A stretch of DNA of 64,000 nucleotides from an uncultured Desulfospira sp. (GTDB lineage: Bacteria; Desulfobacterota; Desulfobacteria; Desulfobacterales; Desulfobacteraceae): assembly GCA_963663165.1 (NCBI GenBank), contig OY760175.1, positions 4,352,001 to 4,416,000 on the forward strand. The letters are read 5' to 3'. The position numbers and the translations under genes are program-made. Positions 9,506 to 20,766 of the stretch are shown one piece after another; positions within the stretch are counted from its first letter, which is position 1, and the number at the start of each line of letters is the position of its first letter. Under the pieces are notes generated by a model. It was not told the DNA's origin, did not search any database, and worked only from the letters and a program-made list of their open reading frames with translations.

Positions 9506-11575
9506 ATGGCCGGCAATATATCCACTTGGGGGGATTACACCCGCAGCATATACAGCCGCGGCACAGGCACAATCAATGTATCAGGGACGATAAACCATGA
9601 GGGGTTCGGCGGAGCCGGAATCGTCGCTCATTACGCAGATGAGGTCAATATTTCAGGTAATATAAATGTAACCGGAAACAGTTTCGGGATTTATGCCCAA
9701 GATGTAACATCCATTACCGTTTCAGGATTAATTGAAACCGACGGCAATTGTGCGATTGTTACAGAACAAACCGAAGAGATCAATATCTCAGGCAGTATCA
9801 AAACCCATGGCACTTATGGCTACGCCGTTGATACGGCCGACAGGATTAATATATCCGGTAGTATTGAAACCGATGGGAAAGAGGGCCATGGCCTAAACGC
9901 CGGTAGTTCTTCCGCTTCGGTCTCCGGAAGCATCTCCACATGGGGTGAGGGAGGCCATGCGATTTACGCGGGAACCAACGCATCCGTTACCCTTTCCGGG
10001 TATGCCGGCACATCCGGAAGCCAGGCGCATGCCCTGTCTGCGGAAAACAATGATATCATTAATGTATCCGGAATCATTGAAACCTCAGGCGAGGCCGCCG
10101 ACGGGATCCGGCTTAACGGCGGCGGTAATGTCGTCTACCTTACCGGTTCCCTCTCCTCTTCCGGTTCAGGCGGATATGCGCTGAACTCCAACGTTCCTGT
10201 CTATATCCTCTGGCCTGTTGGCTTCATTCTGCCGGAAACAGAAGAAGACGAAATTCTGGAACCACAGGAGTACGACTCCCAAAACGTGGTACACCTGTTG
10301 AACGGTGCATCTGTATATGGCGGCATTGTCAACAGCACCGCCACCGAAAATAATTCATTCCTGACGTTTGGTTATGCCGCAAACATGGATGGAACGGCAG
10401 ACCTTTCCGACGTGGATCAGCAATTCAGCCTGACCATGAACGACAGCATCACATCAACCTTAGCCGACGGCTGGAACGGATATTTTGCCGGCGGCATCAC
10501 GACGCTCAAAGGGTCAATCAATCAATTTTCTGACCTCTTCATTGGCAGCAGCACCTTTGACGGCACCCAGATACCCGATGGCAGCGGCGGCAAAACCACG
10601 CTGGATGCCTTGGACGGGCCGGGGGCCCACCTCCAGGTTACCCAGGCCATCTCCACCACAGGCAAAATGGCTGTGGGAAAGAGAAGCTCCTATACGCTTT
10701 CGGGCACCCACACCCATACCGGCGGGGATATCCAGATAGACGGGACCCTGGCCCTGGAATCCGGTACTTTTGACAACAGCGGCAGCGCCATTGTCAACAC
10801 CGGGCGGATTACCGGTAATGGAGACATCACAGCCACTACTCTCTCCAACGCCGGTGAAATGGAATTCACTGAAGGCCGGTCAACCATCCGGGGCAACACA
10901 GCCAACGTGGGCACCATCCTCAGCAACGGCGGCGAGGTCCATTTTGAAGGAGACTATCTGGAACAAGGCACATTTTACAGCAACCATGGTGACACCTGGC
11001 TGGATAATATTACAGTGGATGAAAACGGCGCCCTTATCGCCGGCGAGTCCGGCCAGGATGCGTTGGAACGTTTTTTCATTGCCGGTGATTTTGCCAATTA
11101 CAGCACCCGGAACACCGAGTGGGACACCATCAACGCCATGCTGGTTTTCACAGGAAGTATAAACGGAAACCATAACTTTTTCCTGGCAGGCCTGGAGACA
11201 GAGTCGGCCCTTGACGGATTTAGCGATAATTTTGCCTGGGGATACACAGACCTTGGTGATGATGTAGATATGCTTTTTCTTTTAGACGGTAATGAACAGA
11301 ATAAAGGCACGGCTTTTTACACGGAGATCATTACCGGCATCAAATTTGACGATCAGGGCCGGATCATAAATGTCTGTGGCGATATGAACATTTATTATCT
11401 GGCAGACCTTTCTGAAAACAACTACCTTGGCGGCATTTCATACGACTTTGCCGCAGGCTCGGGCAAACTTATTGCGGTTTCAGGGGGGGCCGCCGCCGTC
11501 CCCCTGCCTGGAAGTCTGACAATCCTGCTCTCAGGTCTCCTGGCCGTTGTATGGGCAAAAGAGATCAATCTTTGA
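9506..11575 (+). CDS. VPLPA/PEP-CTERM-type surface protein with Gly/Ser/Thr beta-helix-like repeats, probably 5'-truncated
   Basis: Repeated INISGSIxTxG units; C-terminal AAVPLPGSL plus hydrophobic helix; no signal peptide; repeat-like frame continues upstream to about 9389. Confidence 0.7.
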   Translation: MAGNISTWGDYTRSIYSRGTGTINVSGTINHEGFGGAGIVAHYADEVNISGNINVTGNSFGIYAQDVTSITVSGLIETDGNCAIVTEQTEEINISGSIKTHGTYGYAVDTADRINISGSIETDGKEGHGLNAGSSSASVSGSISTWGEGGHAIYAGTNASVTLSGYAGTSGSQAHALSAENNDIINVSGIIETSGEAADGIRLNGGGNVVYLTGSLSSSGSGGYALNSNVPVYILWPVGFILPETEEDEILEPQEYDSQNVVHLLNGASVYGGIVNSTATENNSFLTFGYAANMDGTADLSDVDQQFSLTMNDSITSTLADGWNGYFAGGITTLKGSINQFSDLFIGSSTFDGTQIPDGSGGKTTLDALDGPGAHLQVTQAISTTGKMAVGKRSSYTLSGTHTHTGGDIQIDGTLALESGTFDNSGSAIVNTGRITGNGDITATTLSNAGEMEFTEGRSTIRGNTANVGTILSNGGEVHFEGDYLEQGTFYSNHGDTWLDNITVDENGALIAGESGQDALERFFIAGDFANYSTRNTEWDTINAMLVFTGSINGNHNFFLAGLETESALDGFSDNFAWGYTDLGDDVDMLFLLDGNEQNKGTAFYTEIITGIKFDDQGRIINVCGDMNIYYLADLSENNYLGGISYDFAAGSGKLIAVSGGAAAVPLPGSLTILLSGLLAVVWAKEINL

Positions 11576-11845
11576 CCATCGTCTTTGTTTTGTCATAACA
11601 ACACCTTAAAGATTCAAATATTTCAATCCGGTTTTCTGGTGGACAGGCTCTCTAACATCAGCTTCAGCTTTGTCCCCAAGATAAACATCAAACATGGAAC
11701 AGCCGTGTTTTGCCTTATGCCTTTTTTTCGTGTATTTTAACCGGTATGGCGTTAGCATAAATAGTGTCGCAACGACTTAAGGATCAGGGCTTTTTTCCCG
11801 CCTTTTCCCCAGGCCGTTTACCTTGGGCAGATTGGAAGATTAAAG

Positions 11846-14466
11846 ATGAAGATTGGTAATTTCGAAATTTTAGAAATACTTGAAAATAAAGCGTATAAAG
11901 CTGTTTATCTGGCCCGGGACACAGGGGCGGGGGACCCGTTTTTCGTCCATGAGCATCTGGATGCCAAGATGGCAGACCATGAGCAGTTGATATCCCGGTG
12001 CCTTTCCGGCTGCCCTGTGGACCAGTTTGTTGACGCCGTTAAACATGAAGGAAAAACGTTGCTGGTTCAACCCCCTTACAAAGGGGTTACTCCGGATGTC
12101 TATTTTAATGAAGCGTCTTTGTTGGCAGATAAATTATTTTTTGTCCGGTCTTTGCTGGCCATTCTCAAGGATATCCATGACAAAGGGGTTATCTTTAACA
12201 ACCTTTCCTTTGCCAATATCACCATCGACCAGAACAAAAAGATCATGCTCCACGACCTGGTGGCGGCGGCCCTTTCGGGAAAAGAAAAGTCCCCGGGGTT
12301 CAGCCATATTTTTCAGCCCCATTTCGTGGCCCCGGAGCGGACCGATAAGGTGGCGGGAAGTGCCTCATTCAGCAGTGATTATTATGCCTTTGGCGTGCTG
12401 CTGTACTGGCTTTTAACCGGGAGGCTGCCCTTTGAGGACCCGGACATGGCCGCATTGATTTCCCTGCATGTGGCCGGCCGGCCGAAAAGCCCTGTTTGCG
12501 TAAATCCCGATATCCCTGAGAATTTGTCGCGGATAACGGAAAAACTTTTGGAAAAGGAGCCGGCCCAGAGATACAAATCCATTGACGGCATTTTATACGA
12601 TTTGAAGCATTATGATGACCCGGGGTTTGAACCGGCCAGCATGGACAGGGATTTAAAATTTAAGGTGTCCGGAAAAATTTACGGCAGGCAACCGGAAACC
12701 GGCCGGCTGCAGAAGGCCGTTGAACAGATCAGGGAAGAAAAGATCCGCCTTGTAACCATTGCCGGGCATGCCGGTGTCGGAAAGTCAACCATTGTTCAGG
12801 CCTTTCAAAAATCCCTTGCACCTGGCCAATGCCGGTTTATCGCCGGAAAATTTCAGCAGTACAAAAAAGATATTCCCTATTTTGCCATTGTAGAGGCCTT
12901 TGATGAATTTTTTGACATGCTGCTTTTATCGGATCAAAAGACCCTGGATGATTTCCAGCAGTCCTTTGAAAACACCATTGCAGATCAGGGAATGATTCTG
13001 ACATTGGTGTTTCCCAGACTTGAAATGATTGTCGGCCGGCAGGAAACCATTGAGACATATGTGGGCGAAGAGGCCGAGCATCGGTTCGCCTATGTATTTT
13101 TAAAATTGATCCGGATGGTGGCTACCCGGGAACGGCCCCTGGTCCTTTTTCTTGACGACATGCAGTGGGCCGATCTGGTGTCACTGAATTTGCTGCGCGC
13201 TGTTTTTCAGAATTCAAAGGGATTTTTGCTGGTGGTTTTGTGCTACCGCGCCACCGAAGTGGACCCGCACCATCCCTTTCACCGGCTGCTTGATGATGTT
13301 CACCGGTATGAGATTCCCTTTGAGGAGATCCGGGTTGATGATTTGCAGCCCGGTGATGTGTCTGAGTTGATAGCCGACAGCATGGGCTGCGAAAACCAGG
13401 CGCTCAGCCACATGGTATTTGAGAAAACCCATGGGAATCCTTTTTTTGTCCATCAGCTGTTGGCCGGAATGGCGGATCAGGGGTATTTTGAGTGGGATGC
13501 AGCAGGAAAAAACTGGTCAGTGGATTTAGACCGGGTGGCTGCCCTGAAAGTTTCAAAAAATGTGGTGGCCCTGATGCAGACAAGGCTGCGCCGCCTGCCC
13601 GGAAACGTTATTGATCTGATGAAAGTCATCGGCGCCGTCGGCCACAACGCCGATCTGGATGTCCTGTCCATTGTCACCGGTAAACCCATCAATGAGATTT
13701 TACAACTTTTAAAAATACCCTTTGAACATGGCCTGGTATCCTTAAAGCAGCCGCGTGTCTACTTCACCCATGATAAAATTCAGCAGGCCTGTTACCAGTT
13801 GAACCCGGCCGGTGATTTGCCCGGCCTGCATTTTGCCATCGCAGTCACCCTGATGGCCCATAAACGCATGGACACGCCGGAGGATATGTTTAATCTGGCA
13901 GGCCACCTGGATAAAGGGTTTGAATTGATTGTTGGAAATCTCGAACCCTATATCGGCATCTACATGGCGGCGGCGCTGAAGAGCAAAGAAATTTCCGCCT
14001 ACAAGGCATTCCTGCATTATGTGGACCAGGCCATGGGGTTGCTAAATGATGCCCTGCCTGAGCCAATCCGGTTCAGGGTATACCGCCAGTATCATATTGC
14101 CCTTTACCTGAACAGTTTATTTGATGAGGCCGATACTTTTTTTTACGACAAGCTGGCCGGGTATAAAGACCCGCTTTTGCTCAGGGAAAATTATTTTTCC
14201 AAAGTGTCCCAGGACAGCATGCGTAAAAATTATCGGCAGGCGGTTGAGTTCGGCATGTCCATTATTAAAACCGTGGGGGTTCAGTTGAGCATGGATCCCG
14301 GGATAGCGGACCTGGGCCGTGAACTGGAGAAGACAGAGCGCCTGCTGGCCCAGGCCGGGATAAAAAATATTCATGAGCTAAGTGATATTGAACAAAAAAA
14401 CAGTGATGAGATGCAGGTGATATGTGAGGTCATTATGGCCATGCTGCCGGCGTCTTTTTTTTATAA
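11846..14466 (+). pseudogene. N-terminal part of a Ser/Thr kinase-like-AAA ATPase hybrid sensor, interrupted by IS110
   Basis: FVAPE, SDYYAFG, TGRLPF; Walker A GHAGVGKS; LVLFLDDMQWAD; frame continues at 16206 once the IS is removed. Confidence 0.85.
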
Positions 14467-14574
14467 CCCCCATGTCCTAGCGGACACAACGAAGCATGAA
14501 ACACTTGCAAATTTTGAAAAAAGGTCATAGCTATCAATTTTTTTTTCGACCAAGAAAAATATAAGGAGATAGCT

Positions 14575-15834
14575 ATGACCAAGGGATCAAAAAATAGCAC
14601 ATTAATCCAAATTGTTCACCCAATTTGTTGTGGTTTGGATGTTCACAAAGACAAAATTTCAGCCTGTTTAATCACTGTTGATGGTAATGGGAAAGAACAG
14701 CATAAGATTCGAGAATTTTCATCATTTACTCAAGATTTGCAAAAAATGAAAATGTGGTTGATTGAAAACAGCTGTCCTGTAGTGGCAATGGAAAGTACCG
14801 GGGTATATTGGCATCCGGTTTATAACACCATTGAAGGTACGATGGAGGTTGTTTTGGTGAATGCCAGGCATATTAAAAATGTTCCAGGCAGAAAAACAGA
14901 CATCTGTGACAGTAAATGGCTTGCAGGACTGCTTCGTCATGGGTTGGTAAAAGGTAGTTTTATTCCCCCTGAACATGTTCGTGAATGGCGTGAGTTAAGC
15001 CGATTACGAAAAACATATACAGAATCTCTGGCTGATTATAAGCGACGTGTTCATAAATTATTTATCACGGCAAATATTAAAATTGATTCTGTTGTTTCTG
15101 ATTTGTTCGGGCTTACCGGTTTGAATCTCATTGATTTGTTATGCAAAAACGGTGAAGTGACTTTGGAAAAGGTCCAGGAATGCACAAAAGGAGGGCTTAA
15201 AAAGAAAATTCCTGAATTATATTTAAGCCTCCATGGATATTTTAAAGATCATCATCGATTCCAACTGATTGGCATGATGGAGGCCATTGAGATGTTTCAA
15301 AAACAGATTGAACAAATTGATGATAGATTGGAATTACTTACCCTCGACTATGAAAATTTACTGAAAAGGTTAGATGAAGTTCCCGGGATCGATAAAAAGT
15401 CAGCGCAATCCATTCTTGGAGAAGTCGGGGTCACATTGAATGAGTTTGAAAGCATGTCTGCTTTTGTTGCATGGGCCGGATTGTGCCCGGGAAACAATGA
15501 AAGCGCGGGTAAAAGGAAAAGCGGCCGGAACGCGGTTCGAAATCATCCATTCAAAACGATTTTAGTGCAGGCTGCATGGGCTGCAATTAAAAAGAAGGGC
15601 TCGTACTACAAGGCCAAATATTATAAGCTGAAGTCAAGGCGGGGTGCCAGAAAAGCGATTGTTGCCATAGCCCACAGGATAGCAAAAGCTATTTACAGCA
15701 TCATCAAAAACGGGGACATTTATAAAGACCTTGGCGAGGACTATTTAAGCAAACCCAATAAGCAAAGAATGTTGAAGAATTTGGCAAGAAAGGCGGATGA
15801 ATTAGGAATGAAACTTGTACCGTGTGAAAGCTGA
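14575..15834 (+). CDS. IS110-family DEDD recombinase/transposase
   Basis: GLDVHK, AMESTGVYW, GRKTDICDSKWLA; C-terminal AWAGLCPGNNESAGK with catalytic Ser. Confidence 0.95.
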   Translation: MTKGSKNSTLIQIVHPICCGLDVHKDKISACLITVDGNGKEQHKIREFSSFTQDLQKMKMWLIENSCPVVAMESTGVYWHPVYNTIEGTMEVVLVNARHIKNVPGRKTDICDSKWLAGLLRHGLVKGSFIPPEHVREWRELSRLRKTYTESLADYKRRVHKLFITANIKIDSVVSDLFGLTGLNLIDLLCKNGEVTLEKVQECTKGGLKKKIPELYLSLHGYFKDHHRFQLIGMMEAIEMFQKQIEQIDDRLELLTLDYENLLKRLDEVPGIDKKSAQSILGEVGVTLNEFESMSAFVAWAGLCPGNNESAGKRKSGRNAVRNHPFKTILVQAAWAAIKKKGSYYKAKYYKLKSRRGARKAIVAIAHRIAKAIYSIIKNGDIYKDLGEDYLSKPNKQRMLKNLARKADELGMKLVPCES

Positions 15835-16189
15835 ATAACTTAGCAACATGTTTTGTACCGATATTGTTTAGAGGCGTACAACAGATAAATTGATTATTGA
15901 CTCAGTAATAAAAAGTCGGATGTTGAAATGAAGCCTTAGAGCGCGAATATAACATGACTGGTCGGTTTTTTGCACAACGAACTGTTAGTCCCCACCAGGG
16001 GAACTACGTATATAAAACTTATTTAAGTAAACTGACCACTACTGATGATTTAAGAAACTATCTTCTGTGCTTGAGATATTAACCAAACGGGAAATATTAT
16101 CGATTGGATATTAAAAAATTGTAACGCTAATCAAAATGTTTTGGGGCAAACCCATAAACCAACGGAATTCTATTCCCTTTTTACGGGGT
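15835..16189 (+). ncRNA. Candidate bridge/seek RNA region in the IS110 3' non-coding end
   Basis: About 355 nt without a credible ORF between the transposase stop and the right IR, the position of the guide RNA in IS1111-group elements; not directly demonstrated. Confidence 0.5.
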
Positions 16190-16205
16190 AGTGTTTCATA
16201 TAAAA

Positions 16206-19200
16206 TCCGAAGATCTCCTGCCTGCTGTTTTTCACCACGGTGAAGCAGGCCCTGCGCAACGGTGTTTTGGAGGATATGGCCTATGCCCTGGCCGTGGCCT
16301 CCACCCCGTATATTCTGATTCGAAACGATTACCAGGCCGCTTTCAGGTACTGCCAGTATGCCATTCAGGTGGCTGCGGGCAATAAACGGGCTCTGGGCAA
16401 TGCCAAGCATATCCTTGTTCTGGTTTCCTGGCACTGGTGCAACCCCATCAAAGATGATACGGCCCTGGAAATTGCCTGGGATGCGCATCATCTGCTGATA
16501 CAGGGCGGTGATATCCAGATGGCGGGCTATACGCTATACGATACGGTGTCCTATCTGTGGGAACGTGGCGATCCCCTCGACAGGGTCCTGGCCGAGGCTG
16601 AAAAGGCCATGGAATTTAACCGGAAGACCCAGAACCTTCACGGCACCGCCGTCGTTTATCCCTATTCCCAGATAGTGAAAACCCTTATGGCAGAGGAGGG
16701 CGAATATTTAACCTTTTGCCGGGAAGGATTCAGCGAAGACGATTTTATCCGCCAAAACCAGGCCAACGCCATGGGGCTTTGCTTTTTGCACATTTTTAAA
16801 ATGCAGACGGCCTATCTGTTCGGTGATGTTGAAAAGGCCTATGAGCTGGGCCTTGAAGCTGAAAAACGGTTTATTTTCATTACCAGTTTCCTGGCTGCCC
16901 AGACCGGTCTGTTTTATTTGGGCTTAAGCGCCTGCGCGGTATTGAATCCTGCCGATAAAAAATGGGAAACCGTGACCCGGGCCCGTGACCAGATGCAGCA
17001 GTGGAGCCAGGGGGCCCCGGAAAATTTTAAGCACAAACTGCATTTGCTTGAGGCTGAAATCGCCCGGAAACAAAAGGATATTGCCCTGGCCGTCCGGTGC
17101 TATATGCAGGCGCTCCTGGCCGCCCGCCAAAACCGGTTTCTCCATGAAAACGCCTTAATTTGTGAACGGTTTTCCTCGTTCTGGGAGGAACAGGACAATG
17201 CGGAATTAGCAGAGTATTATGCCAAAGAAGCCTTTCATGCCTATGAGCTATGGGGCGCCAAAAGAAAATGTGCCCAGCTTCGCAGCAGACACCATACGGT
17301 CTATTTTGAAAGCCAGTTTCAGGATCTTGATCTGTTGAGCGTTATCAACGCCCAGAATATCCTGGCCCAGGAAACCAATATTGAAAAACTGCTCAAACAG
17401 ATGATGCAGGTGCTTCTTGAGGTCTCCGGGGCGGAACGGGGCTTTTTGATTTTAAAGGATACCCAGTGGGCCGTTGAAGCGTTTAAAAATACCCGGGGAG
17501 AAGAATTTTACCTGGAAAGCCGGCCCTTGAGCCGGGACATGTTGTCTGTGGATATGGTCAATTACGTGATCAGAACCGGCCAGTCCGCCCGGATTGACCA
17601 GTTTTCCATTCACCTGGAAGATGATTATTTAAACCGGGTTAAACCCCAGTCCCTGATCATCCTGCCCGCGGTGGTCAGTTCCAGAACTATTGCGGTCATT
17701 TACCTGGAGCATACGCGGATTAAAAACATGTTCTCATTGAACAAACAGGAAACCATCAAGCTGCTGTCCACCCAGATTGCCATCTCCTTGAACAATGCCA
17801 AAATTTACAATCAGCTGGAGCAGCGGGTTCAGGAAAGAACCCGTAAGCTGGCCGCCCAGAACGAAGCCCTGGCCATTGCCCGGAAAAAAGCCGAACAAGC
17901 CAATGCGGCCAAATCTGAATTTTTAAGCAACATGAGCCATGAGCTTCGCACCCCGTTGAACGCCGTGACCGGCTTCAGTGAGCTGCTCACCACCATGGTG
18001 TCGGACCCCCGGCAGAAAAGCTACCTGGAGGCCATTAAAACGTCGGGCCGGAACCTGTTGACCCTGATCAATGATATCCTTGACCTGTCCAAGATTGAGG
18101 CCGGTAAAATTGCCATTACCTATGCCCCGGTCAAGCTTGAGACCATATTCATGGAGATCCAGCAGATCTTCAAAATAAAATGCGAAGTTAAGAAGTTAAC
18201 CTTTCTGACCCATCTTTCAACCGATTTGCCGGATTGGCTGTATCTGGATGAGATCCGGATCAGGCAGATTTTATTCAATCTGGTAGGCAATGCCGTCAAA
18301 TTTACCCAGACCGGCGGTGTGACCTTATCGGCGGGGTTTATGGGTAAAGAACGGGGAAAGGGGAGGTTAACCATATCCGTGGAAGATACCGGCATCGGCA
18401 TCTCCAAAGAAGAACAGGACAATGTTTTTAAAGCCTTTGAGCAGGCAGATAAGCACGATACCGCCAAATACGGGGGAACCGGTTTGGGGCTCGCCATCAC
18501 CCGGCGGCTGGTGGAACTGATGGACGGGCAGATTTTTGTGTCCAGTACCATGGGTAAGGGCAGCCGGTTTGATGTTGAGTTCGCCGTTGTGGGAATCGCA
18601 TCTTCCTTCTCTGAAGCTTTTGAAACCAACACTCTCTCATTTGAGAATATCGCCTTTGATCCCGTAAAGGTCCTGGTGGTGGATGATGTTGAATCCAACC
18701 GGATATTGTTAAAGGAAACCCTGTCCAAGGTAAGCCTTGAGGTGATCACCGCAGCCAACGGCCATGAAGGCATACTGCTGGCCATTGAATACAAGCCCCG
18801 GCTGATTTTACTGGACATCAGGATGCCGCTTCTCAATGGCTTTGAAGCGTTGGATTTCCTCAAAAAAGTTGAGGATACCGCTCATATTCCCATTATTGCC
18901 ATGACAGCAGCACCTACCCGGGAAGAAAAGGCATCTGTTCTTGAGTACGGGTTTGACGGATATGTGGCAAAGCCCATTCATTTTGACCGGCTGATATCTG
19001 AAATCGCCCCCCACTTGGCCTATACGGTGAAGGAAAAAAAGCCGGCTGGTGTACCCGCCCCCCATGGGCTTCTCAACGTAACACCGGATCAGCCGGACGT
19101 ATTGTGCCGGCACTTAAAAGATGACGTTCTGCCCCGGTTTTATACCCTTAAAAAAGTTTTTACCGCAAATGAGTTTAAACAGCTTGGAGAATCCCTTGAT

Positions 19201-19362
19201 CAATTGGGCCGCCAGTTCCATATCGAGCCGCTTTCCCGGTACGGATCTCACATGCTGGCACTTTTAAGTGCCTTTGATATTAAACAGATGGATGAGTGCC
19301 TGGCGGGCTACTCACAAATGATTGAAACATTTATCCGAAATCTGGAGACGTCTGATGGATGA
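16206..19362 (+). pseudogene. C-terminal part of the hybrid sensor (helical region-GAF-HisKA-HATPase-REC)
   Basis: EFLSNMSHELRTPLN, NLVGNAVKFT, DTGIGI, GGTGLGL, LVVDD...LLDIRMP; an internal GTG at 16240 could give a truncated product. Confidence 0.85.
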
Positions 19363-19921
19363 AAAATTACCGTTGATTCTGGTCGTTGATGATAACCCGG
19401 AAAATATACAATACCTTGGCAATTTACTGATGGCCAACGGCTATGAGGTGGGGGTGGCCCAGAACGGTGTCGTTGCACTGGACTTTTGCGCCCTGCGGCT
19501 TCCGGATCTTATTTTACTGGATGTGATGATGCCTGAAATGGATGGCTATGAGTTTTGCACCCAGTTAAAAGCAGACCTGGGCACCAGCCATATACCGGTT
19601 ATCTTTTTGACCGCCAAAACCCAGACCCAGGATATTGTCAACGGGTTTGAGGCCGGCGGCGTCGATTATGTGTCCAAGCCCTTTATATCCGCTGAGCTGC
19701 TGGCCCGGGTGAAGACCCACGTGGAAATGAAGCAGTTAAGGCATTTGATTCCCATTTGTTCAGTGTGCAAAAAAGTAAGGGATTATGAAGGGCAGTGGCA
19801 TGATATGGAAACCTACGTCAGAAAATACTCTGATTCCAGATTCAGCCATGGCATGTGTTCAGAATGCGGCGATAAAATGTATGGCCATGAATCATGGTAT
19901 AACGGGAAGAAAAAAGATTAG
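19355..19921 (+). CDS. Response regulator (REC plus small Cys-containing C-terminus)
   Basis: LVVDD, LLDVMMP, FLTA, KPF; IPICSVCKKVRD...FSHGMCSEC. Confidence 0.9.
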   Translation: MDEKLPLILVVDDNPENIQYLGNLLMANGYEVGVAQNGVVALDFCALRLPDLILLDVMMPEMDGYEFCTQLKADLGTSHIPVIFLTAKTQTQDIVNGFEAGGVDYVSKPFISAELLARVKTHVEMKQLRHLIPICSVCKKVRDYEGQWHDMETYVRKYSDSRFSHGMCSECGDKMYGHESWYNGKKKD

Positions 19922-19992
19922 GATGAGTGATTTTTATGGTCATTAGCCCGGGAAAACCTGCCGGTTTCGTCAATTTACGGGGACATCCTTGT

Positions 19993-20742
19993 TTATTCCG
20001 GGGCATCCCACAGCCCCATATTCCGGAGCTGCTTTTCAGCGGCCGCTGCCCATCCCCGGTTGGCGGCGGGGCTGGCAGGGGATGGATGGAGCAATTGTCC
20101 AATGGAAACATCCAATCCCTTTAGCGCCCTTTGGCACGCGCTTTTGGCAAATGCCCCCACCCCTACCACCGTGTTGCTTTTCATTTCAGCCACTGTCCGG
20201 CGAAGTCCCCGGTCACATGCTGCAAAAAGGACCTGTTTTTCAGCGGCCGTCAACTTGTCCGGCGTAATGTTTTTCCCGGTTTTTCCCATAAAAACGAGCG
20301 GGCAGTAGTTCACCACAAAAAATTTTGAAAAAAATGCATCCGGCGTCTTATATTTGTCCCTGGCAAACCCCCAGAGCCTTGTGCCGCTGACCTCGCTGCG
20401 TTTGCAGTCAAATCCTTGAATGGGGCGTTTGGGGTGCTGGCAGGGCAAATTTTCAAGGGCTGCGTCTATGTTTAAAAACTCTCGCACCATGGTGGCATCC
20501 CCAAAAGGCACACCGGTCTGTGCCATCCCAAACGGTCCCGGATTCATTCCAACCCAAATGGCCGCACCGGGGAATGCGTATTTTTCAATGTACTTCACAA
20601 AGGGCTCCCTGGCATAGCTTAAGGGGTTATAAACATATTCAACCGGCGAATTAAAGGTTTGCCTGTTGGCTTCCCCGGCAAGTTCATCCGCAATTTGGAC
20701 CAGTCGTTTGGCCAGCGTTTCCATTTTTTTCTCCACAGTCAT
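19993..20742 (-). CDS. SMUG1-type (family 3) uracil-DNA glycosylase
   Basis: GMNPGPFGMAQTGVPFG, RSEVSG, NYCPL, HPSPAS. Confidence 0.92.
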   Translation of the reverse strand: MTVEKKMETLAKRLVQIADELAGEANRQTFNSPVEYVYNPLSYAREPFVKYIEKYAFPGAAIWVGMNPGPFGMAQTGVPFGDATMVREFLNIDAALENLPCQHPKRPIQGFDCKRSEVSGTRLWGFARDKYKTPDAFFSKFFVVNYCPLVFMGKTGKNITPDKLTAAEKQVLFAACDRGLRRTVAEMKSNTVVGVGAFAKSACQRALKGLDVSIGQLLHPSPASPAANRGWAAAAEKQLRNMGLWDAPE

Positions 20743-20766
20743 TTGGTTTTTCCGGGTAATTTACGG

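Larger units (their letters stand above)
14467..16205 (+). mobile_element. IS110-family element (IS1111-like layout), 1739 bp
   Basis: Removal restores the host frame FY-NPKISCLLFF (alternative register 14477-16215 has equal length); subterminal IRs ATGAAACACT 14496-14505 / AGTGTTTCAT 16190-16199; low GC; no long TSD. Confidence 0.85.

Noticed and set aside
11741..11757. Sigma-54 promoter before the hybrid sensor
   Set aside because: GG-N10-GC spacing is present but the match to TGGCAC-N5-TTGC is weak.
14467..14530. C-terminal tail of the 894-aa ORF
   Set aside because: Read-through into the IS110 left end.
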